Assembly: GCA_963677895.2 (NCBI GenBank) | Contig: CAXXGJ010000029.1 | Span: 1 to 29,100 of the forward strand | Length of the DNA: 29,100 nucleotides | DNA from: Treponemataceae bacterium | Lineage (GTDB): Bacteria; Spirochaetota; Spirochaetia; Treponematales; Rectinemataceae | Direction: 5' to 3' | Part shown: piece after piece, positions 26,408 through 29,100 of the stretch | How positions within the stretch are numbered: position 1 is the first letter of the stretch | Layout: each line of letters begins with the position of its first letter | Made by a program: the position numbers and the translations under genes | The notes under the pieces: model-generated | Seen by the model: the letters and a program-made list of their open reading frames with translations, nothing else | Databases searched by the model: none | What the model was told of the DNA's origin: nothing

Positions 26408-26435
26408 ATCATCGTCCCTACATTATCGTCCCTAC
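26408..26435. repeat. 14-bp tandem duplication overlapping the GIY-YIG stop codon
   Basis: ATCATCGTCCCTAC followed by ATTATCGTCCCTAC (1 mismatch). Confidence 0.8.
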
Positions 26436-26695
26436 CGGTTATATCCTATCTTAGGATTATCCGAATCGAATATCCGGATATAAGCGGCTTCCCTTTGGGC
26501 CACATCCTCGTCGTCCGCCGTTTCCGATTCCCATAGAATCTCTTTTTTTAAGGTAAAGTGGGGAGTTTTGACATTCTTGTAGTCCGCCTTTACATAGTGC
26601 GGATCGAAGCTCCCGAAATATGTCAGTGTTCCGGTCAAATCTTTTCCGATGTAGATTTTGTTGTTCGGAAACGTGATTTTAAAGATTTGCTTCAT
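26432..26695 (-). CDS. Small stand-alone GIY-YIG nuclease-family protein
   Basis: QIFKIT..NNKIYIG (GIY-YIG pair), YFGS, conserved Glu helix (REAAYI) and terminal GYN; AGAGGA RBS. Confidence 0.8.
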   Translation of the reverse strand: MKQIFKITFPNNKIYIGKDLTGTLTYFGSFDPHYVKADYKNVKTPHFTLKKEILWESETADDEDVAQREAAYIRIFDSDNPKIGYNR

Positions 26696-26716
26696 GCCTT
26701 TTCCTCTGAATATCCT

Positions 26717-27410
26717 TCAAGCCAACTCTTCGATCAATCTGTAGCCGATGCCGATCTCCGTCAGAATGTAGAGCGGATGCGTACTCTCCGGTTCTATTTT
26801 CCTTCGTATATTGGCCATGAAAACTCTCAGGGATTGATATTCGTCCGTCGTTTCGTAGCCCCATACCTTTTTCTGTATGAACTGATGGGTCAAAACCTTG
26901 CCCGAATGCTCGGCGAGAAGGGCAAGAAGCTCTGTACTCGATGGGGGTCAGATGCACGTCTTTCCCGTCGACCGTCACGATGCGCCGCTCGAAATCGATG
27001 AAAAGCCCTCCGACGGAAAAGATGGTCGGTTCGATATCCCGAGGAACGGCGTGCCTGAGCGCTACGCGAATCCTCGCCAGGAGCTCCGGGATGTTGAAGG
27101 GCTTGGTGATGTAATCGTCAGCCCCCGCGTCCAGGGCTACTACCTTCTCCCTTTCCTGATCCCTCGCCGAGATGACGATGACGGGCACCTGCGAACGCAT
27201 TCGTATTTGGGCAAGCACTTCGGAACCATCGATGTCGGGCAGGCCAAGATCCAGGAGGATGATACCCGGGTTGTTGGCGAGAAAAAGCGAAATGCCGGAA
27301 AGGCCCGACTCAGCCGTATCGCAGCGATAGCCGCTGGCCTTGAGCGATATTCTCAGCAGGTTCTGTATGCTCTTGTCATCCTCTATGATCAGGACTCTTG
27401 CCTCATCCAT
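26717..27410 (-). pseudogene. kdpE: KdpE-like OmpR-family response regulator with +1 frameshift near 26931-26934
   Basis: Receiver motifs IEDD, LLDLGLPDIDG, SAR, GADDYITKPF. After HLTPIEY the shifted frame reads LLALLAEHSGKVLTHQFIQKKVWG...LRVFMANIRRKIE...YILTEIGIGYRLIEELA* (TGA 26719-26717). Span is 694 nt = 3n+1. Confidence 0.88.
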
Positions 27411-28873
27411 GGCTTTCCTCCTCTAAAATAGGAAGAGAAAAAGAGAAGGTGGCTCCGCCCTCGGCGTTGTTCATGCCCGTTATCGAGCCCCCGTGCGCCA
27501 GAATCGTGGCCTTGCATATGCTCAAGCCCAGTCCCGCGCCTTTCCTGCTCTCTGCCGCGTTCTTTCCCGATGTCCCGAAACTCTCGAACAGGTGGTCCAG
27601 GACATCCTTTCCCATTCCTCCCCCGTCATCGGACACCGAAAACTCCACTTTGTCCTGTCGCTGTTCAACCTTCACGACGATATGGCAGTCGGCCTTCGTG
27701 TGTTCGATAGCGTTGTTGAGGAGATTTATCAGCACCTGGATAATGAGCTGCCCGTCCAGGGGAACGAGAAGGATACCCTGTGAGGGAATGTAGGAAAGAC
27801 GGTGCTGCCCGAGATTCTTGGCCACTCTCGAAAGGGCCTCGCTCACGATATCGTCCACGATCTCGGCTTGTTTCTTGATGATGAGCTTCCCCTCCTGGAT
27901 GCTGGGCCATGTTGAGGAGGTTCTCGACCATGGTTCCGAGCCAGACCGCGTCCGAATGGATATCGGCGAGCAGGCTCCGTTTCGTTTCCTCGTCTATGTC
28001 CCGGCTGCGGTCGAGCAGGAATTCCGAACCTCCCGCGATCGCGGTGAGGGGAGTCCGAAGATCGTGGGAAATACTTCTCAATAAATTGTTTCTCAATCGT
28101 TCTTTTTCGATGTTGATGCGATGGCGTTCCTCCGCCTGATGTAGTTCCTCGCGCTCCATGGCCATGACGAACTGGGAGAGTATGGTTTCGAGATAGAGTC
28201 GTTCGTCCTTGGCGATGTCGCCTTCCGAGCAGTCGATCTTGAGCACACCCACGGTCTTGTTCTGGTTCATGACGGGGATGAAGCGCTTCCCGGCGATCAT
28301 GGGACCATAGCCTTCCACGCTTTCGGCGGGCTTTTTCGCATAGCAGGCGGCAGCCTCGGGATCGGCGAGGGCAGAAGCTTCGCCGTAGAAAATGGCGCAA
28401 GGTTTGCCGATGAGCATGGTGATGCTCTTTTCGCCGTAGGCGACGATTTCATCTTTTTCGGAAATATTCAGGTAGCCGTTGCTGACTTTATAGAGCTTGT
28501 CGGTCATTTCCTCGTTGCGCGCGGAAATGGCGATCTGGCTCTGGAGTCTCGACGTGAGCGTGGAGACGATGAAAGCCGAGATCAGGAAGATTCCCAGGGA
28601 GACGAAATAGGACGGGTCGTCGATCGTGAATGTATGCAGGGGTTCGGTGAAAAAATAGTTGAAGGTGAATATGCAGAAGAAGGAGGAGAGGACGCCCCAA
28701 ATGTAGCGTTTCGTCTCGATGACGATGATCAGGATGCTGAGCACGTAGATTATGAGGATGTTCTCGACCCGCAGATTGAGGCTTCGGATGAGAAAGGCCA
28801 CGAGGGTGGAGAGGAGAAGGATGCCGAAGGTCTCGGCGGCGTGCTTGGCCATGGCGCTGTGCTTATGATCCAT
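27403..28873 (-). pseudogene. kdpD: Short KdpD-like sensor histidine kinase (4-TM, GAF-like, HisKA, HATPase) with +1 frameshift near 27904-27906
   Basis: FNYFFTEPLHTF TM motif and SISHDLRTPLTAI H-box. After NLLNMA an extra C shifts the frame; the continuation SIQEGKL...VDDIVSEAL joins the N, G1 and G2 boxes (NLLNNA, DDGGGM, GAGLGLSIC). Span is 1471 nt = 3n+1. Confidence 0.88.
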
Positions 28874-28874
28874 A

Positions 28875-29099
28875 TTACCTTCCATGAATCGCGTCGGCGG
28901 CATCTTTGGCGATTCGCGCGAACCCCATGAATACGACATAGATTTCCAGCCGCCCCAGCAGCATTCCGGCGATTCCCACCCACAGGACGCCGGATGGAGC
29001 GGCAGGGCCGGTTATGCCCGTCGAAAACCCGACCGTCCCCAGGGCCGACGCGAACTCGAAGGCCGAATCCTGTATCGAATAGCCGAAAAAACAATAGGC
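28875..29099 (-). CDS. trkH: TrkH/KtrB-family K+ uptake membrane protein, C-terminal part (truncated by window end)
   Basis: Manual translation: AYCFFGYSIQDSAFEFASALGTVGFSTGITG...GMLLGRLEIYVVF...IHGR*. Contains the FE..SA.GTVG.S.G pore loop and M..GRLE motif. TAA at 28877-28875, 1 nt before the kdpD ATG. Not in the ORF track. Confidence 0.9.
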   Translation of the reverse strand, partial: AYCFFGYSIQDSAFEFASALGTVGFSTGITGPAAPSGVLWVGIAGMLLGRLEIYVVFMGFARIAKDAADAIHGR

Positions 29100-29100
29100 G

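Noticed and set aside
27403..27858. Stand-alone HATPase gene, and the 243-aa and 424-aa track versions of kdpE and kdpD
   Set aside because: These are fragments or read-through products of single frameshifted genes.
26717..28873. Programmed ribosomal frameshifting as the explanation for the kdpD/kdpE shifts
   Set aside because: No slippery heptamer, long homopolymer or obvious stimulatory structure at either site.
28875..29100. Possible c-di-AMP riboswitch or leader upstream of the kdpD-like gene; track ORF 28750..29094
   Set aside because: The region translates cleanly as the TrkH C-terminus in another frame, and no riboswitch consensus was recognised.

Overview
Bacterial chromosomal segment, GC-rich with AT-rich intergenic regions. 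It is probably from a free-living anaerobic spirochaete or similar diderm; this is inferred from an LA_2272-type surface repeat protein, an RRM protein and a non-lipoprotein OppA. No rRNA, tRNA, CRISPR or IS element was seen. Left to right: (1) the 3' end of a LacI-type regulator, convergent with a 7-gene minus-strand operon of acetoin-dehydrogenase-like E1a/E1b/E2/E3, histidine phosphatase, atypical GlpK-like kinase and SDR, whose promoter is bracketed by two perfect ATGTAATTACAT palindromes; (2) DmpA peptidase, MATE, NhaC-family transporter, beta-repeat outer-membrane protein, acyltransferase, CorA (GMS variant), secreted TPR-like protein and SnoaL-like protein; (3) a minus-strand operon of creatininase-like hydrolase, OppABCDF, Nit-type amidase and RraA-like protein, with non-canonical active-site motifs in the first and last enzymes; (4) Fe-S aldo/keto reductase, RRM protein and a bidirectional terminator; (5) trkH (3' end, absent from the ORF track), kdpD-like and kdpE-like genes each carrying a +1 frameshift, and a small GIY-YIG protein. 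The two catabolic operons are the best candidates for undescribed pathways.
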